From Azolla caroliniana (lineage: Eukaryota; Plantae; Polypodiophyta), in NCBI GenBank assembly GCA_043228905.1, contig JBHGNT010000008.1, forward strand, positions 12,772,001 to 12,836,000: a stretch of DNA of 64,000 nt, in the 5' to 3' direction. The notes under the pieces were generated by a model that was given only the letters and a program-made list of their open reading frames with translations, had not been told where the DNA came from and made no database searches. The position numbers and the translations under genes are program-made. This document shows, piece after piece, positions 36,501 through 49,304 of this stretch (its first letter is position 1; every line of letters starts with the position of its first letter).

Positions 36501-38200
36501 TTCGCGTCGACCGAGAAGGCCTCGACATCGGCTAATGCTAGATTACGCCGATCTGCCCGCCAGAAGAACCCTGTTTTGCGGTTCGGATACAACGAGTACA
36601 TGGCGCATCATTATGCGTACATGACCCGTGTAGCGGAAGTGCGTGAGCCGGAGAGCTACGCAGAAGCGGCTAAAGACGCGAATTGACGTGCTGCAATGGA
36701 GGAAGAGATGCACGCATTGGCGGAGAACGAGACCTCGGACCTGGTTGGCGCACCAACAGGGGTAAAACCGATCGGGTGTAGGTGGGTGTACAAGGTCAAG
36801 TACAACACCGATGGCTCGGTCAACCGGTACAAGGCTCGGCTAGTGGCAAAGGGCTACGCGTAGAAACACGGCATCGACTACGATGAGACATTTGCGTCGG
36901 TCGCGAAAATGACGACCGTCCGTGTTTTGCTCGCAGTAGCTGCGGCGAAGGGGCGACACTTACATCAGATGGATGTAAAGAATGCGTTCCTGCAAGGTGA
37001 CCTTGAGGAACAGGTGTACATGGTACAACCCCCCGGATTTCACTCCGGAACGAACTCCTCGGCAGTATGCCGACTAAAGAAGTCCCTTTACGGACTGAAG
37101 AAAGCCCCGCGTGCCTGGAACGCGAAGATCACGCAACAACTGCGTCGGATGGGCTTCGTCACGTCAAAATCAGACTCTTCCTTGTTTATCCGGAAAGGTC
37201 GACTCGGACCGGTTAGTATTTTACTATATGTTGATGACTTGGTCATCACCGGCGCCGACCTCGGTGAAATCGACCGCGTGAAGCTCCAGCTTGCGGCATC
37301 GTTCGACATGAAGGATCTAGGGGACCTTGATTACTTCCTCGGGATCGAAGTGATCCGTATCCCCGAAGGCATATTGATCAGCCAACGTCATTACGTGCTG
37401 AGTATGCTCTTCAAATTCGGGATGGCCGACTGTAAGTCTGTCTCGACTCCTCTGGACAGAACCGTCAAGCTTCGTCCCGATACAGGAAAGGTATGCGACC
37501 CGACGAGGTTCCGACAAATTGTCGGAAGCCTCATATACTTGACTATCACCCGACCCGACCTCAGTTATCCGATCGGAGTGATCAGTCAGTTCATGGTGCG
37601 GCCTACCAAGGAGCACCTTCAGTGTGCGCAACGCATACTTCGGTATGTCAACGACACTAAGGACCGGGGACTGCTATATCGGACCGGTGCAGCCGTGCAG
37701 TTAGTCGGCAACACTGATGCTGATTGGGCTGGCAACACCGCCGATCGCCGATCCACGTCTGGATACGCGTTCTCCCTCGGGAGTGTCGCGATCGCGTGGA
37801 GCTGTAAGAAGCAGCCGACAGTTGCACTGTCGAGCACCGAAGCTGAGTACCGAGGAGCGGCTGTCGTGACATGCGAAGCCATATGGTTGAAGCCGCCACT
37901 TAAGGACTTGCAAGAGGAGGTGTCCGATCCAACGACGATCTACTGCGACAACCTCAGCAGCATCCAACTCGCGAAGAACCCCGTCTTCCACGCACGGACC
38001 AAGCACATTGAGGTGCACTACCATTTCGTCCGTGAGCGTGTCCTTTTCGGTGAAGTCGAACTTCAGTACGTTCCGACGGATCGGCAGACTGCCGACATCT
38101 TCACCAAGCCTCTTGGTCTGGACAAGTTCCGGCAATTCTCAGGTGCGCTCGGATTGCGTCACCTCGACGTGCCAAACTTGAGGGGAGAACAGTCCCGAAT
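33558..38200 (+). pseudogene. Copia G gag-PR-INT-RT-RNase H polyprotein with frameshifts and stops
   Basis: WYIDSGASNHM, IHSDVWGP, EQNGMAERKNR, HQMDVKNAFL, YVDD, DADWAG, HARTKHIEV. Confidence 0.93.
35718..36069 (+). mobile_element. Solo LTR (352 bp) inserted in the Copia G integrase
   Basis: TGTCA...TGACA termini; perfect TSD ATAAG; removal restores KGYK-CYNP; TATAAATA at 35936. Confidence 0.93.
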
Positions 38201-39179
38201 GACCAAGCAAGGCAGCAGGAAAGGAGCGGAGACCGCGACACCACCGAGTCGGTTGACTCGGTTGTCGAGTTCGACTTCGGATCGGCTGAAGAAGCCGAGG
38301 GCAGACCCACGGAAAAGTTCGGAAGAGGACAGAAGGGGAGCAACCGAAGGAGAGAGCCGAAGCCAACCACGCATGGGGAAGATGACGCCACCGAGGGCGA
38401 GAAGACCGAAGACGAGTTGGAGACAGCCAACTCGGACGAGAGCGAAAACCGATCGGAGGTAGCCGAGTCCGTTCGGATGTTTGATTCAGACACGCTGAAT
38501 CAACCGAGGCCCAAGCGGAAGAAAAGGCAGCAGAAGAAGCGTCAACACTGCAACAACAGAAGAGCTGATGAGGGCCACATGAGCAGACAAGCCGACCGGA
38601 AGGGTCGAAGCGCGCGGAGTCGAACAGGTCGTGGAGCGCGAGCGAGGCGTGAAGCCAGGAGGAATCGGAGCTGTGAGCCTGAAGATCCCGAAGAGCCTCA
38701 AGTTGAGCTTGAAGGGGAGTGTTGAGAGACAAGCTCAACATCGGCGGGATCGGCTGAAGAAGCCGAGGACCGGATTGGTTGGGACCGATCGGTTAGGCCG
38801 AATGCGTAAACCGGTATGCAGACCGGTGCGTATGTAGGGCCGGATCGGTGCGTAAACCGGGAGGCTGTTAGGAAAGATATTCCGTGAGGAATATATTTGG
38901 GAGTTAGTGTAGGAGCTCTTAGTGAGCATTGAAGTACTGTCAGTACTTCGGTCAGTCCTTCTAGGACTTGTATAAAAGTGTTCATTGAACACACATATGC
39001 ATAGAGAATGGTGAATAGAGTTTTTTAAATATAGTTCTTGTATTTTCTCTCTATCACTCTCTCTGTCTCTCTGTCTCTCCCGCGTATACTGCGTAAGCTC
39101 AAGCTCTCCATTAAACCTAATTTTTCTTCCTTCTGTTCGGTCTTCATACTTGCTTCCGCATGTTACTCTTTACAGAGAC

Positions 39180-42100
39180 ACATGAGGCCATCCGGAAGCA
39201 GGCAACGGAATGGGTGAAAAAGGCAAATGAGCGAAATGTAGCAGAACTTGCGCAGCAAAAGGAGAACACTGAAGAGCTCGCGGGCGGTAGTCAAACCGAA
39301 AATGCGACATGGCAGGCATTGCAGGAGTACCAAATCACACTGCCATTAGGACAGCTCCTGCAACTAGTGCCTAGATTCACAGAAGGACTCAAGACAGGCA
39401 TGACGACAGGAGAAACACCATCGGCACCAACATTCTTCTCAAATCCGGAGGAGGGACCGGCGGTGGTAGACACAAACAGTCCGGCGATCACAGCCATCGT
39501 GAAGGGAAAGGAGTTACTCGGAACAGTAATAGATGGAGGATCCAACGTCAATGTGATTAGCCTCCAAACATGCACAACCTTGGGAATCCAAGAGTGGGAA
39601 CCATGCCCGTTCTGGCTACGGATGGCGAATACAAGCTCAGTGCGACCGACCGGCTTGATACGAGATTTGGAAGTAACAATCGGCGGCCACACATTTCGTA
39701 TCTCGGCAGTAGTGCTACAATTACAGGCACAAGGAGCCTACCCGCAATTGTTGGGGCGGCCATGGCTAAAAACGCCGCACATTAAACAAAATTGGAGAAA
39801 GAATATAATCACCTTCCAACGGGGAAAAGCAAAAGTACGTGTACCAACACAACCACGGACGGGTATCGGGAAGGAATTAACACCCCTATATGTCGAATGT
39901 GTCAATATGCTGGACGGATTAGCAGACGAAGAGGTGGATCAATACTCGCAAGATAATCCGAAGATAGTACCCCTGTTCGAAATTGACGTAGCTTATGCCG
40001 TATCACCATACATACTGCCACCGGACGGAGCAGACGAAGAACCAAATAAAGAAGTGATCCAGGAGCTACGGCAACCACAAGAAGTGGTGGAAAGAGAAAT
40101 GGTTGTATCACAACGGGTTAAAGCATCCCAACTAGAAGAGGTAAATCTAGGAACTACGGAAGAGGTGAGACCAGTGCAGATAGCCAAGGAAATGACTACG
40201 AAGAACAGAACGACGATGATTACACTTCTCAAAGAGTTTCGGGACGTGTTTGCTTGGTCCTACGAGGATATGAGAGGGCTCGATCCTCAGCTATATCAGC
40301 ATCAAATACATTTGAGCAAAGACGCCAAACCGGTAGAACAGCGATGGTACCGGATGAATCCAAACTACGCCGCCAAAGTCAAGGAGGAAATCTACATGGC
40401 TGAGCCCGATAGTAGTCGTACCAAAGAAAAACGGCAAAATTAGAGTATGTGTCGACTACCGGAAGCTTAATGTTGCGACGGTAACTTATGCATTTCCACT
40501 TCCATTTACGGATGGAGTTTTGGACGCAGTTGCCGGCCATGAGGTATACAGTTTTTTAGACAGATTCAGCGGATACAACCAGATCCAGATGCACCTCGAT
40601 GACCAGGAGAAAACGGCTTTCGTCACTGAATGGGGAGTGTTTGTTGCCGTGTGATGATGTTCAGAATAAAAACGACGTTGGCAACGTTCCAGAGGGTCAT
40701 CATGGAAATATTCAGAGAATTCATACCGGCATTCATGCAGGTGTTCCTCGACGACTTCACCGTTTACAGCCGGGAAGGAGACCACCTTCAGCACCTCCGA
40801 CTGTGTCTAGAAAAGTGTAGGGCTTACCGGCTAAGCCTGAATCCGGCGAAGTGTGTATTCGGCGTGTCCAGCGGAACGCTATTGGGGCACATTGTGAGCA
40901 AGGAGGGCATCGCCATGGATCCGGACAAAGTAAAAGCAATCCTAGAGGCACCGGCGTCAACAACGGCAAAGGCATTGAGCTGTTTCTTAGGCCAAATCCG
41001 TTGGCATAGCCGTATGCTCCGGTATTTGGCGGATCTAGCTACACCGTTCTAGTGGACCGACACCGAAGACAAGGCGTACCGGGCACTCAAAGTTCTATTG
41101 TCGCAAGCACCGGTAGTGCAACCCCCGTATTGGGCGAAGGAATTTCATGTGTTCATGGATGCATCCGGCATTGCAATCGGGAGTGCGCTGATGCAACTTA
41201 CGGAGCCAAGATGGTACCGGCCCATATATTACGCAAGCCGGAAGTTATCCCAAGCCAAATGAAATTATTCCACCACGGAAAGGGAAGCTTTAGGCATGAT
41301 CTACAGCGTAACAAAATTTAGGCATTATTTATTGGGAAGAAAGTTTTCCTTCCATGTAGATCATTCGGCACTCCTCTACCTAGTGTCCAAAGCGTCACTT
41401 ACCGGTAAGTTGGCCCGGTGGACTTTGCTATTACAGGAATTCAAATTCGAGATATTCCACCGACCCGGCATACAGCACACGGTAGCAGATTATTTAAGCC
41501 GGTTAGATTCCGGCGAAATCGACGAAGGAGTACCGAACGAGTTTCTAGATGCTGAGCTATTTCGAGTCACCGCGGAAACGGCAACAGATGAAACGGTGGC
41601 ACCAGAAGATAAGTGGCTAACAAATATGCACCAATTTTTGAGCACCAGATTGCCTCCGGAGGAGATGAACCGGGACGAGAGGAAATGCCTGGCGGTACAA
41701 AGCTGGCACTTCTGTTTATTACGGGACACACTATACCACAAAGGTGCGGACGGTATATGGCGACGAGCGATGCGCAGCGACGAGAAAGAGGTAATACTAC
41801 AAGAAGCACACTGCGGAGTCGCCGGAGGCCATTATGCCAGGGATGCTACGGCAAGGAAGATATGGCAAAGTGGCCTATGGTTGCCGACTACATTGAAAGA
41901 CGCAGTCCAGTACGCGAAAGAGTGTGATCTATGCCAGCCAATGGGCCAGCCAACGGAACAAGCTAGGATGCCGCACCAGCCAGTACTACCGCTAGAACCA
42001 TTTCAGAAATGGGGACTGGATTTTGTCGGACCATTTAAACCACCGGCAATGAGAACTGGCAACCGGTAAGTGATCGTCGGGACAGACTACTGCACTAAAT

Positions 42101-43080
42101 GGGTGGAAGCCAAAGCCCTACGAGACAACACCGCGGCGTCGACGACAAAATTCTTATACGAATACATTTGGTGCCGGTACGGATGCCCCATAGAGCTGAT
42201 AAGCGATCAAGGAGGGCACTTTCTTGGACAGGTAGTGGAGAGCTTGACGTCATTCTATGCGGTAGTACATAAACGGAGTACCCCGTACTACCCACAAGCC
42301 AACGGATTAGCTGAGTCAACAAACAAAACGCTACAGAATATCCTGCGCAAGATCGTCTATGAGAATCGGACAGATTGGGACACGAAGCTGCAGAGTGCGC
42401 TCTTGGCTTACCGGACAACGTACAAAACAAGCATCCGAACAACGTTGTTCCGGTTAGCATTCGAATTAGAGGTAGTCATGCCGGTCGAGTTCCAGGTACC
42501 GAGCTTACGGATCCAGATTTGGGAATGACTTAATGAAAAGGAATCGGAGGCAATTCGGTTAAAGGCTCTGTGTGAACTAGAAGAACACCGACTGGCGAGC
42601 ATCATGCACCTGGAATTGGAACAATGGCGACGGAAAGCATTTGTAGATCGGCACCAAAAAGGAAACGAAAAGATGTTCGAAATCGGCAAACCGGTACTAG
42701 TGTTCCAAACTCGGATGGGTAAAATGCCAGGCAAACTACAGTTTAGATGGACCGGACCGTACTAGATCACACGCGGGTTCAATGGGTCTTACCAGTTAGG
42801 GACACTTGCCGGTGAGGTGCTGGGTAAATGGGTCAACGGATTTAGACTAAAGCCATACAAAGGACCTATGCCCAAGAACCCATTTGAACGAAGGGCTGAC
42901 ACCGAATCGGACGCCGGCAGACCAACCAAGACGGCAACCTGTCAGGAACATGGCTACCACCAAGCCGGTAAGAAGGAGCACGAGCCGGCAACCGGGGAGA
43001 GCAAAACGACGGCAAACTGTCAAGAGGCCGGCAAGGTGCGCGTTTCGGGTAAGGGTCCGACAGGACCGGAGAAAAATTAA
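39180..43080 (+). pseudogene. Element E pol (PR-RT-RH-INT), fragmented
   Basis: ORF pieces 39160-40443, 40630-41052, 41296-42069, 42070-42528 and 42817-43080 carry the expected motifs. Confidence 0.9.
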
Positions 43081-43484
43081 CCACACAATTAATTTCAAAA
43101 AAAAAAAAAAAAAAAATCGAATCAAAGAAATCATGCAAAGGACTGGTGGAAACAACCATGCAAACAAGGAGTAAAGAGGCACTTCGAAAAGGTACGAGGA
43201 GGCTATGAATAGGGCATTAAAACACCGCCACATGCCACATAATGCTATTATAAGTACACGACCTGCACACGCGTAGGCTCGAAAAAGGCGCCAAGATGCA
43301 AAGAGAAAAACCCTCACGCATCGAGACCTTCTCCTTTCGCGAACCAAGGAGAACAGACGCAGACAAACGCGTGAAGATCAATCGAAGAGAGCTCGTGCAC
43401 AGAGAACCCCCTCACTCAGAACTTTCTCTCTCACACTCCCTCCACCGTCAAACCTCGCCAACGCTCTCCGACCTCAACGCAGAG

Positions 43485-46203
43485 ATGGACTGCCAAACAC
43501 TGTCTGAAGCCGCCAAGAAATGGCTACGGCAACACGGATTGGAGGGTTTCTTGACGATCATGGAGGCGGCGCCACACAAGGAGGCCGAAAAGATTATCAA
43601 AGACATTGACACCGAGCTGATCACGGAGGAAGCGATCCGTGCGTTAACAGGCCTTCCGGAGGGGGGCATCTACACGATCGACAATCCTACCTCTCAGCAG
43701 CTCATCAAATATTTCAGTGAGTATTCTCTTGCCAGCAAGGGCTACAGGACACAGGGCGGCGAAGATATGTTATTCCGCGAAATTGCTCGTGTACTTCATG
43801 AGTTCGGCGCCGGTGCTAATCGCCGACGGATTGTGCGCGGCTATTGATACCGTAAGAGTTAGGCAAAGAAGGCCGGAAAATATGGCATGCGGTGACACAA
43901 TGGCTCACCCTATTGGCGCCACCTATCGAGCCCGTCCAGACCAAGAAACGGGGAAGAGCAATAGACGACACCCCGAAAGCTATTTCAAAACGGCAACAGT
44001 TGTTGGCCTCCGAGGCCACTAAGGGGAAGACGGCCGACGCAGAGAAGGCGGCAAAGGAGCGCGCCAGCCGGAAGCGGCCGACGGACACGCACGAGGAGAC
44101 ACCGGTACGGCCCCTGAAGAGCCCACTCCACCAACCGGTGCAACAAGAAACGGACATCCTGGCAACAAGAATGAATGCCGAGACTCAGGAGGAGGAAATG
44201 GAGGAAGAGCCTACGGAGCACCTCCAGCGGCGGCCGGTGAAGAGGACCGCAGAATCAGCTAGGAAGTGTTCGGACCCACAGAAGGATGGAACGCCCGCAA
44301 CCCACACTGAGAATCCCACGCCAAGGGAGGCACCGGAAGCGGTTCGGATGGAACTGGTCACAGAAGTCCCTGCACAACAGGAAGCACAGGCAAGCCCCGT
44401 AACTCAAGAGCCGGTTATACAAATGCCAACCTCCTCAGCCTGCCAAGAACAAGCAGAACAAGTGCGACTAGCCGAAACACAACCGGAACCTGAATGGCAA
44501 AGTGGTCAGCAGGTAGAGCCGAAATCGCCGCTCGACGCAGAAAGGCGGGACCAGCCACCGGCAAGTGAACCCATCAGTCAACTCGCCGTCCAGACGCAAC
44601 AACAGGGCACTAGCAGCCAATGGCTCTGGTGGATAGGAGAACAAATTGCCGGAGTAGTCGGATACGTAGAGGCAGAAGAACGAGCGCAGATGGAACGGTT
44701 GCTAGTCACAACCGATGAACTACAAACGGCCCGGTCAAGGATCCGGTACCTCGAACAAGACTTGGATCGGGTCACAGAAGACATGGCCAAAATGGCCTTA
44801 ACCGCAACACAAATCCAAGCACCGGTGACTCTGGTGGATGTACATATGAATAAGACCCCGGAGACAGAAACTGTTCCGGAGAAAGATGTGGCGCAAGCCC
44901 AAGAGCTTGCCGACTTAAGAGACGAACTTGCCGCACAAGAAGCATTACGGAGCCGCGAACGCGACTTGAAGAAGGCGGCTGAAGAAGAATTAAAGAAGAC
45001 TACTGAGAACCTCCGTCGGGCAGAGGAAAACCTGCGTAAAGGACATCAAGCTTACGACCGGCTAAAGGAGGAAAAAGAGAAATTGATGCAGGAGAAAGAC
45101 AAGTTGCGACGGATGGCGGAGACGGAAATTGAAAGGTTGAAGGAAGAACTCCGTCAACAGAAGGACCGGGAGGACCGTGCGCGCCGGCAGATAAACCAGA
45201 GGTTGAAGCAGAAGACCGATGATTTTGATCATCTGCACCGGGACTACAAGCAGCTGGAAGCGGAGTATAAGCAACAGCAGGAAAGGATGGCTGAGCTCCG
45301 GCAAGAAGTTGATAGGGCCGCAACGGCACTCGCCGACGAACGAGCTGAGAATTCAAAGCTATTGGAGGAAGCGACGATGGACCGGATGGAGCTCCACAAG
45401 CAGAACCATGAAGAAAAGGAAAGGGCGACAATGGTGTTATAGAGGTTGCAAACAACCTATCAAAGTCAATTGTCGCATTATAGGGAGTAGGAGGCGGACA
45501 TGGTCAGAATCATCAAGCAATTGAAAGAGGAGCAACAAGCCGCGGAGAACAAATCACGGATGGAAACCAAACGGATCCAATGCATCCTCCGGGCATGGCT
45601 CACCAAGACCAAACGCTTGATTGACGAGAGCTTTGTGCGATGGTGGACGAAATGGGCGCAGAATACGGCGGAACTCCAATTGCTTAGGGCGGACGTGGAA
45701 AACCGACGGAAGGAGGGTGACGACTGTTATACGCTGACATCGGAGGACTTCACCGCCATAAGGGATGAGCTGGCCGAAGATTTCATAGCCCTGGCGGATG
45801 AAAAGTTGGTGCAGGTCCGACAACTCATAGCTCAACTGGACGACGATCGGCTGGAGGCTCAAATCCAGTTTGAGAGCTATGAGCGGTCCCGGCTTCGGGA
45901 AGAAAAAGCAAAGAAAGCGGCAACGGTCAACCTTAGTGATGAGGAACCGTCACCGGTACAAGGACCAGACGGGGACCAGGCCGGGGTCGGTCAGCCAGCG
46001 ACAACTCCGATGGAGGAAACAACGAAGGAAACGCCAGTGCCAGAGCGACAAACGGAGCAGCAGCCCCAAACGAAGAAGGCACAAACGGAGCAGCCACTGC
46101 AACAGCCACAAACGGAACAGTAGCCACAACAACAACAACAGATTCCCAACGAGCCATTGGAAATTCTGGAGCAAAGCATTCTGGACATTTTGGACGAAGA
46201 GTA
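43485..46203 (+). pseudogene. Extra 3' sense ORF of element E: PMD/Transposase_28-like N-terminus, disordered linker, long coiled coil
   Basis: ITEEAIRALTGLPEGG motif; 43892-45442 and 45500-46123 are in one frame broken by TAG codons; E/K/R/Q-rich helices. Confidence 0.7.
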
Positions 46204-46695
46204 GCAGGGCCGGATAATGGGTTTGACGTACAAGGTATTGTTCCACGGGCGTGCCATGTGTTACCCGGTCGACAAGAAGGCTTAAGGATGTCCAGACCAG
46301 AGTGTGAAAGGAATAGTTTATTTAGGAACAGTTGTCATTATTTTATTAATATGGACGGACGGACCGGAATCGGTATGCCGATCCGGATCCGGACCGATTC
46401 CGAATAGGTGCCGGTTGGCACCGTTTTGTACTTCACACCGGAGACCTATATAAAGGCCCGGTTACAATGTAATTGACAGCGGATAATTAATAGAACTTAT
46501 TGCCTTAACCTTTTCGTATTGATTACCGTTCTGTACTCATTGTTATATCTTACACGTGTTAATGACGTATTACTAAGTAACCAATTAAGGTCTAATTAAG
46601 CATTGTGTCGTAAGTCATCTTGCCGTAACACCCTTTGGTGAAGTGTCTTAAGTGGACACCCTGTGTTAGGCTGTTGTCCGGCCCTAGGATTAACA

Positions 46696-48745
46696 ACATC
46701 AGATGGATGTCAAGAATGTGTTCCTGCAAGGTGAGCTTGAGGAATAGGTGTACATGGTACAACCCCTCGGATTTCACTCCGGAATGAACACTTCGGCGGT
46801 CTGCCAGTTGAAGAAGTTCCTTTACGAACTAAAGCAAGCCCCATGTGCCTGGAACGCGAAGATCACGCAATGATTGCGTCGGATGGGCTTTGCAACGTCA
46901 AAATCAGACTCCTCATTGTTCATCCGGAAAGGTCTACTCGGGCCGGTTAGCATTTTACTTTATGTTGATGACTTGGTCATCACCGGCGCCACCCTAGGTG
47001 AGATTGACCGCGTGAAGCTCCGCTTGCGGCATCATTCGACATGAAGGATCTGGGGAACCTTCACTACTTCCTCGGGATCGAAGTGATTCGCACCCCCGAA
47101 GGCATACTGATCAGCCAACGGCATTACGTGCTGAGTATGCTCTTCAAATTCGGGATGGCCAACTGTAAGTCCGTCTCGACTCCTCTGTATAGAACCGTCA
47201 AGCTTTGCCCCAATTCCAGAAAGGTATGCGACCTGACGAGGTTCCAACAGATAGTCGGAAGCCTTATATACTTGACCATCACCCGACCAGATCTCAGCTA
47301 CCCGGTCGATTAGTCAGTTCATGGTGTGACCTATTGAGGAGCACCTTTAGTGTGTGCAACGCGTACTGTGATACGTAAGTGGCACTAAGGACGGGGGGCT
47401 ACTATATCGGACCGGTACTGCCCCGCAGTTGGTTAGCTACACCGATGCCGACTGGGCCGACAACATCACCGATCCTCGATCCACATCCGGTTTCGCGTTC
47501 TCCCTTGGGAGTGTCGCTATCGCGTGGAGTAGCAAGAAGCAGCCGATAGTTGCGTTGTCGAGCACCGAAGCCAAGTATAGAGGAGCGGCTGTTGCGACAT
47601 GCGAAGCCATATGGTTGAAGCGACTACTTAAGGATCTACAGGTGGACTCGGTATCCGATCCAATGACAATCTACTGCGACAACCTCAACAACATCCAACT
47701 AGCAAAGAACCCTGTCTTCCACGCCCGAACTAAGCACATATAGGTGCACTACCCTTTCGTCTGTGAGCGCGTTCTCTCTGGTGAAGTCGGACTTCAGTAT
47801 GTTCTAACGGATCGGCAGACCGCCGACATCTTCACCAAGCCTCTTGGTTTGGACAAGTTGCAACAATTCTCGGGTGCACTTGGGTTGCGTCACCTCGATG
47901 TGCCGAACTTGAGGGGGAGAGACGTCCTGAATGAGGGGAGAGAAGTTCCGAAAGACCGTGACACCGAGTCGGATGACGATTTCGATTTCGGATCGGCTGA
48001 AGAAGCCGAGGGGGGATCTGCGGAAGATTCCGAAAGTGGACATAAGGGGAGCAGTCGAAAGAAAGAACCGAAGCCAACCAAGCATGGGGGAGACAAAGAC
48101 ATCAAGGGAGAGAAGGCCAAAGACAAGTTGGAAACAACCAACTCAGACGACAGCGAAAACCGATCGGAGGAGGCCGAGTCAGTTCAGATGTTTGATTCGG
48201 AGGACGCCGAATCAACTAAGGGCCAAGCAGAAGAGAAGGCAACAGAAGAAGCGCCAACACCGCGATAACAACGGAGCTGAGCACGCAAGCCGAACGGAAG
48301 GGTCGAGGAGCGCGGAATCAAACAGGTCGAGGAGCGCGAACAAGGCATGAAACTAGAAGGATCTAGAGCGTAGATCCGGAAGAGCGGATGGAACCTCAAG
48401 TTGAGCTTGAGGGGGAGTGTTGAGATACAAGCTCAACATTGGCCGGATTAGTTGTCCAAGCCAAGAACCGGATCGGTTGGGATCGATCGGTTAGGCCGGA
48501 CCAGTGCGTAAACCTGTGCGCAGACCGGTGTGCAATGAGAAGTCGTAGCGGTGCATAAACCGCGAGGCCGTTGGAAAGATATTCCGTGTAGGAATATATT
48601 TTGGGAGTTAGTGTAGAGCTCACTTATGAGCATTGAAGTATGTGTCAGTACTTCTAACAGTCCATATGGACTTTTATAAAAGTGCTCACTGAGCACATTC
48701 TATGTATAGAATGAGTATTATTTTTGAATTGGTTTTTGTGTACAT

Positions 48746-48787
<42 letters not shown>

Positions 48788-48874
48788 CCGTGTACTGTGT
48801 ATATTCAAGCTCTCCATTAAACCTATGTTTCTGTGTTCAGTTTTCTATTACTTCCGTACGCTATTCTTTTTACA
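46696..48874 (+). mobile_element. Copia element F, 3' part (RT-RNase H, PPT, 3' LTR 48418-48874), relative of G
   Basis: HQMDVKN, YVDD, YTDADW, HARTKHI; PPT GAGGGGGAG; LTR similar to the G LTR. Confidence 0.92.
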
Positions 48875-49191
48875 ATTATTGAAAAGATAGGACCAGGTAG
48901 TTGCCTTTGTAACTGTGAGTGAGAGAGTGAGAGTGTAACTCTGTAGCCGTTTGTCAAACGAAGAAGAACTCGAGGTTGTTGCCTCCGAGTTCCGTATTTT
49001 GTACTTCCTCTCTACTATAGTGACCTGTTTTCTCGGGGTTAGTTGACCCCAGTGGTTTTTCCCATTTCAGGTTTTCCACGTAAAATATCGGTGTCTTTGT
49101 GTCTTCACGTTTTTTTGTCTGTGTACTAGTTCTTGCTTTTCTTCACACGAAAATGAACGTGAAACTGGTTGTCGCCGGTTGAATCCTAACA
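48875..49191 (+). repeat. 3' part of another LTR (Copia-type), followed by a short Copia RNase H fragment (49192-49300)
   Basis: GTGGTTTTTCCC...GGTTTTCCACGTAAAAT motif, ends CCTAACA; then KKQLIVALLSTEAEYRG. Confidence 0.6.
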
Positions 49192-49304
49192 CAAGAAGCA
49201 ATTGATAGTCGCACTGTTGAGCACGGAGGCTGAATACAGGGGCACGATAGTCGTTGCATGCGAAGCCGTATGGCTGAAGCGCATACTAAAGGATCTGGTC
49301 ATAC

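Larger units (their letters stand above)
33031..39174 (+). mobile_element. Full-length but mutated Copia element G
   Basis: 455-bp LTRs 33031-33485 and 38720-39174 (about 15 differences counted by eye); TSD GAGAC; PBS TGGTATCAGAGC 33486-33497; PPT GAAGGGGAG. Confidence 0.96.
31261..46695 (+). mobile_element. Athila-like (OTA group) Gypsy element E; 5' LTR missing, interrupted by Copia G, extra ORF after pol
   Basis: Gag 31747-32433; protease VIDGGS; RT FLDD; RNase H; integrase WGLDFVGP, SDQG; 3' LTR 46259-46695 (TGTTA...TAACA). Confidence 0.88.

Noticed and set aside
43892-46123. Envelope gene
   Set aside because: No signal peptide or transmembrane helix visible; mostly charged coiled coil
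28950-48874. Copia D and F as one element split by Gypsy E
   Set aside because: Redundant RT/RNase H segment, dissimilar LTRs and no TSD; the ACATC at both E junctions looks coincidental because the 5' LTR is absent
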